Source of the DNA: Chiloscyllium plagiosum
Lineage: Eukaryota
Length of the DNA: 29,982 bases
Reading direction: 5' to 3'
NCBI RefSeq assembly: GCF_004010195.1
Contig: NC_057750.1
Span: 1,572,417-1,602,398, forward strand
This document shows, piece by piece, positions 1 through 11,021 of the stretch. The first letter of the stretch is position 1. Each line of letters begins with the position of its first letter. The position numbers and the translations under genes are program-made. Under the pieces are notes generated by a model. The model was not told where the DNA came from. It was given only the letters and a program-made list of their open reading frames with translations, and ran no database searches.

Positions 1-996
1 ACATTGTTGAAGATTGATCAAGCGGATTTGGTTCACCTGTTATCGTGTACAGTTAAATACACCTCCAGGTAATTAATGCTGCAACTTATCAGCACAAATT
101 CTAACTGTTCTTTTCAAGTAGCTCCAACTGTGAACCAACAACCTGTCAGATGGAGTGGTTGTCTGAGCTGTAAATATTTCCAAGATTTTATAATCACAGG
201 CCGTTATTAGCTGTGGGTGTCACTGAGCTCAGTTATGTAGCAGATCTTTTCCCAGCTTTCACTACGGCTCTCCCTGTTCAGACCCAGGAAAGCACAAGGT
301 TTTTAATATCCATACAGCTTCAGGTAAGACTCACAGGGGGCATTAGAACGAAATATTTCCTTCCAGCACTTCTGTTTACGAGCAATAAACATAGTGGAGA
401 TGCAAAACCAAGAGCTCTTGGAGAGCTATCCACAAATGAAGAAAATGAAGAGCCTTCACTTTCTGATTGGCCAATGGAGAATGAGAGCCATGGTTGGGCC
501 ACCAATGGCTGTGAACAGTTGAAGGGAGAAAGTCAACAATTAGCAGATCCTGCTACACCCACCCAGGTAGAGTTAACCACCCTGAAGATGGAGAGGCTTC
601 AGAGTGTCCATTAGAGGATTATTTATGGTTTGTTCCAGTGTTTATCATTCTTTTGACTGCTAAGGGACAGACACCATCACACGTGTGAGGACTACAACAG
701 CTGAAGGTCAGGATCGATTGCTGCCAATAATCATGTTTTTCTATACTGTGCCGAGGGGTGTGTTTGATTATCAGATGAACTACTAGTCTGTCTTAACAAG
801 ACAAGGAACTTGTCTAACACCAGGATGTGGTTTATTACATAATAACAACAGATATAAACTGTGTTGGCTGGGGAGACACAATTCCTCAGTCTGTCAGGAA
901 TTAGCAATGACATCGTCAAGTCAAGTGGTACACCCAAGTCTGTGTGGCAACATCAGAATGGGTGGAATTCAGTGTAGTCTCCAACATTAACTCTTT

Positions 997-1298
997 CATA
1001 GAATTCCTACAGCGTGGAAACAGGCCATTCGGCCCCTCTAGTCCACACCGTCCCTCTGAAGAGCATCCCCCCAGACCCAAACCCCCCTACTCTATCCCTG
1101 TGAACCTGCATTGCCCATGGCTAACCCACCAACCTACACATCCCAGACACCATGGGCAATTTCCCATGGCCAATCCACCCTAACCTGCACAATTTTGGAC
1201 TGTGGGAGGATATGCAAACTCCACACAGACAGTCACCCGAGACAGGAATCGAACCTGGATCCCTGGCACTGGGAGGCAGCAGTGCTAACCACTGAGCC
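997..1298 (-). mobile_element. HE1-type tRNA-derived SINE
   Basis: Reverse complement starts GGCTCAGTGGTTAGCACTGCTGCCTC (A-box) then GGTTCGATTCC (B-box), has the GGAGTTTGCA body and a CR1-like tail GGCCTGTTTCCAC. Same architecture as the other copies in the window. Confidence 0.9.
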
Positions 1299-1852
1299 CT
1301 TTCAGTACCATTACCTTATACCACAGAGAGCTTATGTGGCTCACCCCATAGTAACGCTGTCTGTGACGGTGAGAATTATTGAATATCGACATTGTTACCG
1401 AACAGAGAAACCCAGGAGTCTCCATTTGATTGGTGAGCAGACAGAGAAGGTGATAAAGAAGATACAAACACTGCAGGGCAAGCACAATCTGGAGAAAGCT
1501 ATTTTAAAAAGAAATGTGCCAAGGAATGAAAGATGCTGCATTGAGAACATTATTGTGCAAAGATCTTCAGATGGAGGTACACATTCTGGTAACATCCAGA
1601 AAAATCCACAGTCCCTGATACTCTCAGAGCTAGCTGACAGGTTGTCCGTGTAATTTCTACTCTCTGTAAACTGGACACCAGCGAAATCTCAGCCATTCAG
1701 GCCATCCCAACAGACTCCTCTCGTTCTATAATCTCTCCACAATTTCCATGTTCCTCTGACACTGGCCTCATAACAATCTCCATCGCTCTGCAGAGCCTCC
1801 AGCCTGCAGTACCCATCCCTCTTCCACCTTTCAGTTAGAAGAAGAGAGTATC

Positions 1853-2158
1853 TTAGAATCTCTACAGTGTGGGAACAGGTCCTTCGGCCCAACAAGTCCA
1901 CACCGACCCTCCGAAGTGTATCCCACCCAAACTCAATCCCCCAACTAATGCACCTAACCTATACACCCCTGAACACAATGGGCAATTTGGCATGTCCAAT
2001 TCACCTCAACTGCACATCTTTGGACTGTGGGAGGAAACCCACGGAGACACGGGGAAAATGTGCAAACTCCACACAGACAATCGCCTGAGGCTGGAATTGA
2101 ACCTGGGTCCCTGGTGCTGTGCGGCAGCAATGCTAACCACTAAGCCACTGCATTGCCC
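1853..2158 (-). mobile_element. HE1-type SINE
   Basis: Same head (TGCTAACCACTAAGCC on +), body (GGACTGTGGGAGGAAACCC, TGCAAACTCCACACAGAC) and tail as the other copies. Confidence 0.9.
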
Positions 2159-2162
2159 CAAG

Positions 2163-2295
2163 TTAAAAGCTATCTCTTCCACTCGGCTATTGTCTATCTG
2201 CCTGAGTGTCTCCTTACATGGCTCATTGTTAAATTTGAAATGCTCCTATCCCACTGACAGCTTTTGTTTTAAAGGTGCTATATAAATTCAAGTTA
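2163..2295 (+). mobile_element. Decayed L2-like LINE 3' end
   Basis: Ends TTTTAAAGGTGCTATATAAATTCAAGTT, resembling an L2-clade 3' terminus. Highly diverged. Confidence 0.45.
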
Positions 2296-2404
2296 CAACC
2301 TGCCAAGAACATCACAATGTTAAGATTTAACAGACATTCTTTTCTTTATGGAGTCACTAGAGATTACCTCCCACAACCAGTACAAGCTCAGAGGTTTAGT
2401 ATGT

Positions 2405-2615
2405 TAGAAACAGCAAGTCTGGCAGCTTCTGTGGACAGAAATCAGAGATAATGCTTCAGGTCCAATGACCCTTCCTCAGAACCAGGATCACTGGATCCAG
2501 AACATTAACTCTGATTTCTCTCCACTGATGCTGCCAGACTTGCTGAGCTTTTCCAGCAATTTCTGATTTCTTTTTTCGTCTAAATTCCAACATCAGCAGT
2601 TCTTTCAGTTTTTAT
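2405..2615. mobile_element. Fold-back Penelope-type terminal-repeat remnant (family P2)
   Basis: Inverted arms CAGCAAGTCTGGCAGC...AGAAATCAGAG and CTCTGATTTCT...GCTGCCAGACTTGCTG. Degenerate hammerhead motif on the minus strand at about 2450-2479. Confidence 0.6.
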
Positions 2616-2949
2616 TCATTATTTCAGATCAAAGTTGACCACAAATAACTTTGTAGTTTAACATTTGACCACTCAGTTAGGGTCACCTCAGAGTTTGAGA
2701 CTGACCTGAGTGGTTTTTGAAAGTTGTATACCTGAGTGACCCAGCTGAATAGGAACATTAATCTGTTAATTTATCCCTAACTCCAATGTGGAGCCACCAT
2801 TTCTTTTTCCAGTCAAATGCTTAAACAAATCTATCTTTTCTTTCTCACTCATTAAGCTGTTGGGATGTATATAACTGTGTTGACAGCTTATAGTGATTGA
2901 TTCCAATTGCAAATCCCACTCAGTGTATGTCCTTGTGCTGAATCCCCTG

Positions 2950-3440
2950 TGGGAGAGACATGAATTTGAGGACCTTGTTTGAAAATAAGAGATTGCTCAT
3001 TTAACACAGAGATGAGGCGGAATTACTTTTCTCACAGGGCACGATTCTTGGTACTCATGAATATTATAAGGACTGGAGACAGACAGACAGCATTAGGGTT
3101 AGAGATAGGGTTAGGGTTAGGGTTAGGGTTAGGGTTAGGATTAGGGTTAGGATTTGGGTTAGGATTAGGGTTAGGGTTAGGGGTAGGGTTAGGTTTAGGG
3201 TTAGGGTTAGGATTAGACTTAGGGTTAGGGTTAGGCTGACAGTTTTTGTTGTTGTTATGGTTAGGGTTAGGCTAGGGTTCAAGTTTGGGTTGGGATTAGA
3301 GTTCAGGTTAAGTTTTAGCAGACTAATCAAAGGTTCCATGGGGTTGATGTGAATGTGAAATTCGGAACACAGACGGATCTTATTGAATGGCAGAGCCAGT
3401 TTGAAGGGGTGAATGGCCTATTCCTGTTCCTAATTCACGT
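2950..3440 (+). mobile_element. Old CR1 LINE 3' fragment interrupted by telomeric repeats
   Basis: MKIRDCSFNTEMRRNYFSHR resembles the CR1 ORF2 C-terminus (KIRG..FRTEMRRNFFSQR). The CR1 3' UTR resumes after the array (ATTGAATGGCAGAGC...GAATGGCCTATTCCTGTTCCT). Confidence 0.7.
3093..3236 (+). repeat. Interstitial telomeric repeat (TTAGGG)n
   Basis: 24 in-phase hexamers, 13 of them exact TTAGGG. A more degenerate tract continues to about 3320. Confidence 0.95.
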
Positions 3441-3551
3441 ACTCAGCTTAACTTGATAAATACTTACCCACGGTATCGGCAAGAAATAACTGAGAAAACT
3501 GTCACAATGAATCCATACGATTCACCAAAATCTAATGACAGCCTAATACTG

Positions 3552-3755
3552 GGGATGCTGGTAATCTGAAATATAACAGGAAACAGCAGAGATTCTCAGC
3601 AGGTCAGGCAGCATGTTTGAAGAGAAAAACTGAGGAAACATTTCAAGTCCAGTTCAAATCCTTCAGAACTCAAAGTATTAGCTGAGCTCCTGGTGCTGCC
3701 TGACCTGTTGGGTTTCTCTGGGACTTTCTGTTTCAGATTGACCAACATCTGTCAG
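3552..3755. mobile_element. Older fold-back Penelope-type terminal-repeat remnant
   Basis: Inverted arms CAGCAGGTCAGGCAGCA / TGCTGCCTGACCTGTTG and AATCTGAAA / TTTCAGATT. Confidence 0.55.
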
Positions 3756-4062
3756 TGAAGCAATGTTTACTGACATACACAGAGATCCTTGTCCATCACG
3801 TCTCAGTAACGAGACCACCAACTCCGAGCACACTATGCTGGGGAATCATCATTCTGATCCCTGGCTGCTCACTGTATTTTGCTCAGTGCTATGGTCAGAC
3901 ATTCTATCTCCAGACTGTCTGCGTTACTCTCACCCTGATTGCCTGGTTGTCTCGGTTCACAATGTGGCCACAAATAAATGTAAACGCACACGGATCACCA
4001 CCACTGCACCACAAACAACACAGTCAGTTGAATAATTCTGGGGACGGGCAACTTTTAACCAT

Positions 4063-4280
4063 TTCACTATCTCCCAACTGTTGGCATAGACCCATTCTGT
4101 CATTAGAGAGAGAGAAAAAGATGACTCCTGGTGATTTAACCTGGGGGTCACTGTGCCTCAGGCGAGGGGAGAGGTTGGGAAGGAGAGTCCTTCAGCGTAA
4201 CCTTAGCCAGTGATGGGAATCAAACCCACGCCATTGGAGTCACTGTGCATTGTAAACCTGACAAGTGAGCTAACTGACCT
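4063..4280 (-). mobile_element. tRNA-derived SINE (non-HE1 family)
   Basis: Minus strand begins GGTCAGTTAGCTCA (A-box-like), then GGGTTTGATTCCC (B-box-like), followed by a distinct body. Confidence 0.65.
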
Positions 4281-4286
4281 CCCTTA

Positions 4287-5573
4287 TAAGCATGGCTTTG
4301 TGAGGGGCAGGTCATGTCTCACAAACCTTATTGAGTTCTTTGAGGATGTGACAAAACATGTTGATGAAGGTAGAGCAGTGGATGTGGTGTATATGCATTT
4401 TAGCAAGTTGTTTGGTAAGGTTCCCCATGGTAGGCTCATTCAGAAAGTAAGGAGGCACGGGATACAGGGATATCTGGCTGAATGGATACAGAATTGGCTG
4501 GCCCATAGAAGACAGGACAGAGGATGGTGGTAGATGGAAAGTGTTTAGCCTGGAGCTTGGAAACCAGTGGTGTTCCACAGGAATTGGTTCTGGGATTTCT
4601 GCTCTTTGTGATTTTTATAAATGACTTGGATGAGGATGTGGAAGGGTGGGTAAGTGAGTTTGCCGATGACACAAAGGTTGGTGGAGTTGTGGATAGTGTG
4701 GAGGGCTGTTGTTGGTTGCAGTGGGACATTGACAGGATGCAGAACTGGGCTGAGAAGTGACAGATGGAGTTCAACCTGGAAAAGTGTGAAGTGATTCATT
4801 TTGGAAGGTTGAATTTGAATGCAGATTACAGGGTTAAAGGCAGGATTCTTGGCAGTGCGGAGGAACAGAGGGATCTTGGGGTCAATGTCCATAGATCCCT
4901 CAAAGTTGCCACCCAGGTTGATAGGGTTGTTAAAAAGATGTACGGTGTATTGGCATTCATTAGCAGGGGGATTGAGTTTAAGAGCCACGAGGTTATGCTG
5001 CAGCTCTATAAAGCCCTGGGTAGACCACACTTGGAATATTGTGTTCAGTTCTGGTCACCTCATTATAGGAAGGATGTAGAAGCTCTAGAGAGGGTGCAGA
5101 GGAGGTTTACCAGGATACTGCGCGGACTGGAGGGTGTGTCTGATGAAGAGAGATTGAGGGCGCTAGGGCTTTTCTCATTGGAGTGAAGAAGGTTGAGAGG
5201 TGCCTTGATAGAGGTGTACAAGATGATGAGAGGCACCGATAGAGTGGATAGCCAGAGACTTTTCCCCAGGGCAGAAATGTCTATCATGAGGGGGTATAAT
5301 TCTAAAGTGATTTGAAGAAGGTTTAGGGGAGATGTCAGAGATAGGTTCTTTACACAGAGAGTGGGGGTGTGTAGAATGCACTGCCAGAGGTGGCAGGAGA
5401 CTCAGAGACATTAGGGACATTTAAGCGACTCTTGGAAAGGCACATGGATGATAGTACAATGAAGGGTATGTCGGCTAAGCTTGATCTTAGAGTAGAATAA
5501 AAGGCCAGCACAACATCGAGGGCTGAAGGGCCTGGGCTGTGCTGTACTGTCCTATGTTCTTTGTTCTATGTTC
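4287..5573 (+). mobile_element. 5'-truncated CR1/HER1-like LINE (RT domain to 3' UTR), pseudogenised
   Basis: ORFs 4210-4533 (HGFVRGRSCLTNLIEFF, AVDVVYMHFSK), 4524-4760 (SGVPQ, FINDLD, FADDTK) and 4764-5186 (FNLEKC, RPHLEYCVQFWSP). Broken by a frameshift and stops. Tail ends in TTCTATGTTC repeats. Confidence 0.95.
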
Positions 5574-6679
5574 ACATTAACAATAAGTAAAAGATTGTAA
5601 AAAGTGATAATATTGGAGTCAACCCAATGCGGACAAATGTGTCCGAACGTTGACCATTCCCAAGATGAAGCTGCTATCCATTGATAGCTCTTGGATTGGG
5701 GAATTCCAATTATTCCCCAATTGTAATTATAGGTTACTCAGGGTTTACTGAACCTTCAGGTAAATTACATCTGTTTTCCAACTTGGACCATTTACACATT
5801 CCCCTCATTTTTGTTTTTGGAAAGGTTTGCCACTGTCTACCTTGGAAACTGCGATATTCTCCAACTTCATGAAGCGTCTCACAAATCATCCTCCAATTTT
5901 CTGATCCTCATCGCTCTCTGTCTGCTCAGATATTGCAGAGAGTATCTTGCTGTCTCTCGCCTCATATCTCAGTAAGTGGATCAGAATCTCCCCATCTTTT
6001 ACACATAAACACGGGCATTATCTGTGCAACATAAATCTTCAAACAAATGCTGCTCAAGAGTTTTGAAATTGCATTTCTCTGGAGGATTTCACTGAAGTGC
6101 TGGTATCTTTTATGTTCCTCTACTTTTCTGTCGCAGGATGACAGAAACTAAAGGATCCCTTTCAGGCGCCCAAGCCTGTTCAGTTAGGTCGGAGTTGATC
6201 TGAACACCACTTATCTTTCTCTTGGGAAACCTACCCACAAAAACACAATCAATCCCAGCTGTGACATCTTTTACTCACATTCCCACCTCCCCCAATCCCT
6301 TCCCCACCCTCACCCTCACCCTCCCCTTCGCCCCCTGCCAACACTCATGGTATTTGTGGGAAAGAAACATCCAGAGTCTCTCTGTCTGAGCTGTGAACAA
6401 GAGCTTCTCGTTTGCTCTGCTCTGATTGAGCTGATTTTTAAGATTCTGTTCCCCTCAATAGAAGGAGTTTAACATCTGACTATCTTCCGAAACAAATCTT
6501 TCATCCTTGTTCAACATCTCAGTGAGGATTAAAATGTTTAGATGGTTATTTGTAACCAGCATGGACACAATGGGTTCAGGGCCGTTTCTGTGCTTTCGAT
6601 CTCGAGGATTCTGTCACCTCCTGAATGTGAAGGAGTAAAGACAGTGTTTATGCAGACGTGCCCTTCCTTCAATGGCTTT

Positions 6680-7550
6680 AGCGCCCTGTCCCTCGTTGCC
6701 CCTTGAGAAGGTGGGATGAGCTGCCTCCTTGAACCGCTGCAGTCCCTGTGGTTAGAGCATAAAATATCGACCATAAGGAGTGGAAGGAAGGCCATTCAGC
6801 CCATCGGGTCCACTCTGCTAAATCCGGTTAACCCGCAATGCCCTTATTTGACTTGATTTGAATTATTATAATCACATGCACCTAAGTACAGTGAAAAGTT
6901 TTGTTTTGTGAGCAGTCCAGGTAAATCATACAATACAAGGACACACCGATCATATGGTTTTTAGACAGAGTCAGGCACACAGGGTTACGGCAACACGGGA
7001 GGTACACAAAGCAAGATTAACTTTATTTGAAGTTAGAGAGGTCCATTCAGCAGTCTGATAGCAGGGAATAAACTGTTCCTGACCCTCTTGATGCATGTGT
7101 TCAACTTCTGTATCTTCCACCTGACAGAAGATGTTGGAAGAGATCTCGGTAAAAATCTCTTCAATAGGGTAGGGTCTTCAATAATGAAGGAAGGAATTCC
7201 AGGATTTTGAGCCAGTGACAGTAAAGGAACGGCGATATATTTCCAAGTCGGTGAGGGGTTTGAAGGGGAACTTGCAGGGGGTGGTGTTCCCATGTATCTG
7301 CTGCCCTTGTCCTTCTAGACGGAAGTGGTCGTGGGTTTGGAAGGTGCTGTCTGAGGATCTTTGGTGAGTTTCTGCACTAGATCTTGTAGATGGTACACAC
7401 TGCTGCTACTGAGCGTCGGTGGTGGAGGGGGTGGGTGTTTGTGGATGTGGTGCCAACCAAGCGGGGGCTGCTTTGTCCTGGATGGTGTTGAGCTTCTTGA
7501 GTGTTGTTGGAGCTGCCCCCATCCAGGGCAAGTGGGGAGTATTTTCCCTC
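6680..7550 (-). mobile_element. CR1/L2-superfamily LINE ORF2 C-terminal fragment with nested insertions
   Basis: Minus-strand peptide KYSPLA...HPLHHRRSVAAVCTIYK is typical of a LINE ORF2 C-terminus. Interrupted at about 6755-7170. Confidence 0.7.
6850..7145 (-). mobile_element. Rex1/Babar-like LINE 3' end
   Basis: KLNTCIKRVRNSLFPAIRLLN resembles the Rex1 C-terminus (TRTNRFKNSFFPxxIRLLN), followed by a 3' UTR. Confidence 0.65.
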
Positions 7551-7891
7551 CTGTAAATGAGAGACAAGCTTTGAGGAGCAGTGAGCAGTGTTACTAATCA
7601 CAGACTGTGGGTAATGTGAAGATTATGGAAGGCATCAGGTGGGACTATAGCCAGGAGAACCTTGGAAAACTCAACTCGGGAAGTTACAAAGGCTGAGCTG
7701 ATAGTTTCAGTGGCAGATGGGATGAAGCAGCCATGTAAAATATTTATATTTAACTGAGATTAACCCGTGCCATGCAGTGATTTATAAACACAAATTAACA
7801 GCTCAATAGGAACAGTTTACTGCGATTAAGCTCCCTCTTCTGAATGACAGGTCATAAAGCTGACACTTGGCCATCCTGGTACAAATAAACT

Positions 7892-8783
7892 GGGCAGAGC
7901 TGACTCAGCACGGATACCCAGCAGGGGGCAGGGCTGACTCAGCACGGATACCCAGCAGGGGGCAGGACTGACTCAGCACGGATACCCAGCAGGGGCAGGG
8001 CTGACTCAGCACGGATACCCAGCAGGGGGCAGGACTGACTCAGCACGGATACCCAGCAGGGGGCAGGACTGACTCAGCACAGATACCCAGCAGGGGGCAG
8101 GGCTGACTCAGCACGGATACCAAGCAGCAGGGGGCATGGCTGACTCAGCACGGATACCCAGCAGGGGGCAAGGCTGACTCAGCACGGATACCCAGCAGCA
8201 GGGGGCAGGGCTGACTCAGTACAGATACCCAGCAGCAGGGGGCAGGGCTGACTCAGCACGGGTACCCAGCAACAGGGGGCAGGGCTGACTCAGCACAGAT
8301 ACCCAGCAGGTGCAGGGCTGACTCAGCACGGATACCCAGCAGGGGGCAGGGCTGACTCAGCATGGATAGCCAGCAGCAGGGGGCAGGGCTGACTCAGCAC
8401 GGATACCAAGCAGGGGGCAGGGCTGACTCAGCACGGATACCAAACAGCAGGGGACAGGGCTGACTCAGCATGGATACCCAGCAGGGGGCAGGGCTGACTC
8501 AGCACGGATACCCAGCAGGGGACAGGGCTGACTCAGCACGGATACCAAGCAGGGGCAGAGCTGACTCAGCACAGATACCCAGCAGGGGCAGGGCTGACTC
8601 AGTACGCATACCCAGCAGCAGGGGGCAGGGCTGACTCAGCATGGACACCCAGCAGGGGCAGGACTGACTCAGCACGGATACCCAGCAGCATGGGGCAGAG
8701 TTGACTCAGCACGGATACCCAGCAGCATGGGGCAGAGTTGACTCAGCATTGACACCCAGCAGGGGGCAGCGCTGACTCAGCAT
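7892..8783. repeat. Minisatellite, 26 copies of a 33-37 bp unit GGGCAGGGCTGACTCAGCACGGATACCCAGCAGG
   Basis: TGACTCA counted 26 times from 7901 to 8773, with spacing of 33, 34 or 37 bp. Confidence 0.97.
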
Positions 8784-8789
8784 TAACTC

Positions 8790-9410
8790 CATATCTCTGC
8801 TTTGGCCCATATCCCTGTACACCTTTGCTTAACTAAAACCTATCTTTCTCGGATTTAATATTAACAACTGATCCAGCATCCACTGCTGTTTGTGGCAGAG
8901 ATTTCCAAACCTCTCCCACCCTTTGTGTGTCGAAGTGTTTCCTTACATCTCTCCTGAATGGGCTGGCCCTCATTCTCAGACGATGTCCCTAGTTTTAGAA
9001 TCACCAACTAGTGGAAATAATTTATCTTTACCTACTCTGTCTTTTCCTGTTAATATCCACACTTTGATCAGATCACTCCTTAACCATGTAAATGCTAATG
9101 AAAATGGGCCCCATTTGTATAATCTCTCCTCATATCTTCACTCCAGAGGTCAAGGGATCATTCTTGTAAATCTATAGCGACCTCCCTCCCAGGGCCAATC
9201 TATCCTTCCTAAGGCGTAGGGCCCAGAGCTGCTCACACTGGGGTCAAGCCAGGGCTCTGTATAACTGCAGCATCACTTCTGCAACCCTATACTATCCCTA
9301 TAAAACCAAGACATAGAGGCCAGTGTTCCATTAGCTGCCTTGATTATTTTTCACACTCGTTTATGACATTTTAAAGATATATGCATCTGAATACCCAAGT
9401 CTACTTGTGC
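8790..9410 (-). mobile_element. Old CR1 LINE 3' fragment
   Basis: Antisense CR1 hallmarks (TTTCCAAACCTCTCCCACCCTTTG, CCCTAGTTTTAGAATC). Probably continues at about 9950-10140. Confidence 0.7.
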
Positions 9411-9419
9411 ACCTCAGAG

Positions 9420-9940
9420 AGTCATTGATAGAATCATAGAGATGTACAGCATGGAAACAGACCCTTCGGTCCAACCCGTCCATGCCAACCAGATTTCCCA
9501 ATACAATCTAGTCCCACCTTCCAGCACCTGGCCCATATCCCTCCAAACCCTTCCTATTCATATACCCATCCAGATTCCTTTTAAATGTCGCAATTGTACC
9601 AGCTTCCACCACTTCCTCTGGCAGCTCATTCCACACATGTACCACTTTCTGCGTGAAAAAGTTGCCCCTTAGGTCTCTTTTATATCTTTCCCCTCTCACC
9701 CTAAACCTATGCCCTCTAGTTCTGGACTCCCCCACCCCAGGGAAAAGACTTTGCCTATTTATCCTATCCATGCCCCTCATAATTTTGTAAATCTCTATAA
9801 GGTCACCCCTCAGCCTCCGACGCTCCAGGGAAAACAGCCCCAGCCTGTTTAGCCTCTCCCTATAGCTCAAATCCTCCGACCTTGGCAACATACTTGCAAA
9901 TCTTTTCTGAATCCTTTCAAGTTGCACATCTTTCTGATAG
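9420..9940 (-). mobile_element. Young CR1/HER1 LINE 3' end
   Basis: ORF 9508-9927 is uninterrupted (LERIQKRF...SYRERLNRLGLFSLERRRLRGDLIE...WNELP). The tail reads CATAGAATCATAGAG on +. Confidence 0.93.
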
Positions 9941-10332
9941 CCCTGTGTTTAATTTCATACCATCCAGAAAATACAATGATCTATTCTTTTCAGTCCAAAA
10001 TAGATAATCTCACCCTTCCTTGCACTGAATTCCATGTGCCTCGGGTTTGCCCAATCCCTTAGTCCATCAATATCTCCCTGTGATCTCATGCTATCATCTA
10101 CAATAATGCCTAAGTGCACCTCCATAAGCACTGCTGACCACCCCCAGCTCCCCCCAGACCCCGACAAATTCCACCACAGCAGCTCTACCAGATCTGGTAC
10201 TGATGTATCCAGTGGTGTCCAGAACCTTGTATAGACCACACTTGGAATACAGTGATCCTTGGGACTCTGTTACCAACTGAACACAGAGGCAATGGAGAAG
10301 GTGAAACATGAGCTACAAGGATTGTAGAAGAA

Positions 10333-10505
10333 CCAGAGACAAACATAGAAATTGCCGGAAAAGGAATTCTGAGGAAGGGTCACTCGTCCTGAACGTTAAC
10401 CCTGATTTCTCTCCAAAGATGCAGCCAGACCTGCTGAGCTTTTCCAGCAACTTCTGTTTATATCTCTGATTTACAGTGTCCGTAGTTTTTTCAGTTTTCA
10501 TTTGC
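10333..10505. mobile_element. Penelope-type terminal-repeat remnant (P2) within a CR1 fragment
   Basis: CTGAGGAAGGGTCACTCGTCCTGAACGTTAAC followed by GCAGCCAGACCTGCTGAGCTTTTCCAGCAA, homologous to 2405-2615. Flanks are CR1-like (AGACCACACTTGGAATAC before, TTTTCTCTAGAAAAGAGAAGG after). Confidence 0.65.
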
Positions 10506-10849
10506 AACAGAACCAACCGTTTCTAACACTCAGGATTGGCTGAACGGAATGCGCTCTTTTCTCTAGAAAAGAGAAGGTAAGGGATTAACCTGAATAATTC
10601 ATTTACGGGACATGGGCACCACTGCCCTGCCCTGCCTTTACAGTTACTTAACCCCAGGGAAGTGGCACTCACATCTGAATGCCTTCATTTCTTACTCCAC
10701 TGCTTATTTCCAATTTCTTTCCAGACCTGAGAATTTTAAAACTTCTACAGAGTCTCTTATAGCTTGGAGACCTCACAATCTCTGTTCGCTGTTCTCCTGG
10801 ACTCAAAGCTAATCTGAAATGAAACTTATACAGGGCTGGTCTGTCCTTT

Positions 10850-10962
10850 AAAGGGGCAGCACTCCAAAAGCTTGTGATTTTAAATAAACCAGTTGACTAT
10901 AATCTGGTGTCATGTAACTTCTGATTTTGTCCCTCCCAGTCCGACACCGGCACATCCATTTC
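10850..10962 (+). mobile_element. Penelope-type terminal-repeat remnant (family P3)
   Basis: Homologous to 11470-11585 and 21520-21593 (AATAAACC.GTTG.ACTATAA.CTGGTGT). Confidence 0.65.
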
Positions 10963-11021
10963 ATTTCATCAATTGACAACAAGGGTACCCTGATAGGCAC
11001 TTAGCTTAAATCTTTCTTAAG

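Noticed and set aside
213..614. 133-aa ORF, and the 152-aa ORF at 3755-4213
   Set aside because: Both have non-ATG starts and no recognisable domain. The second runs into a SINE.
944..2285. ORFs such as 1111-1653 and 1869-2285, and similar LDCGRKPEHPEETH or AQWLALLPHSARDPG ORFs elsewhere
   Set aside because: These are translations of HE1 SINE copies and recur wherever the SINE occurs.
2979..3339. GL-repeat and LT-repeat ORFs
   Set aside because: Translations of the TTAGGG array.
7892..8783. CRISPR-like appearance of the regularly spaced palindromic repeat GCTGACTCAGC
   Set aside because: The intervening sequences are near-identical rather than unique spacers, the context is eukaryotic, and there are no cas genes.
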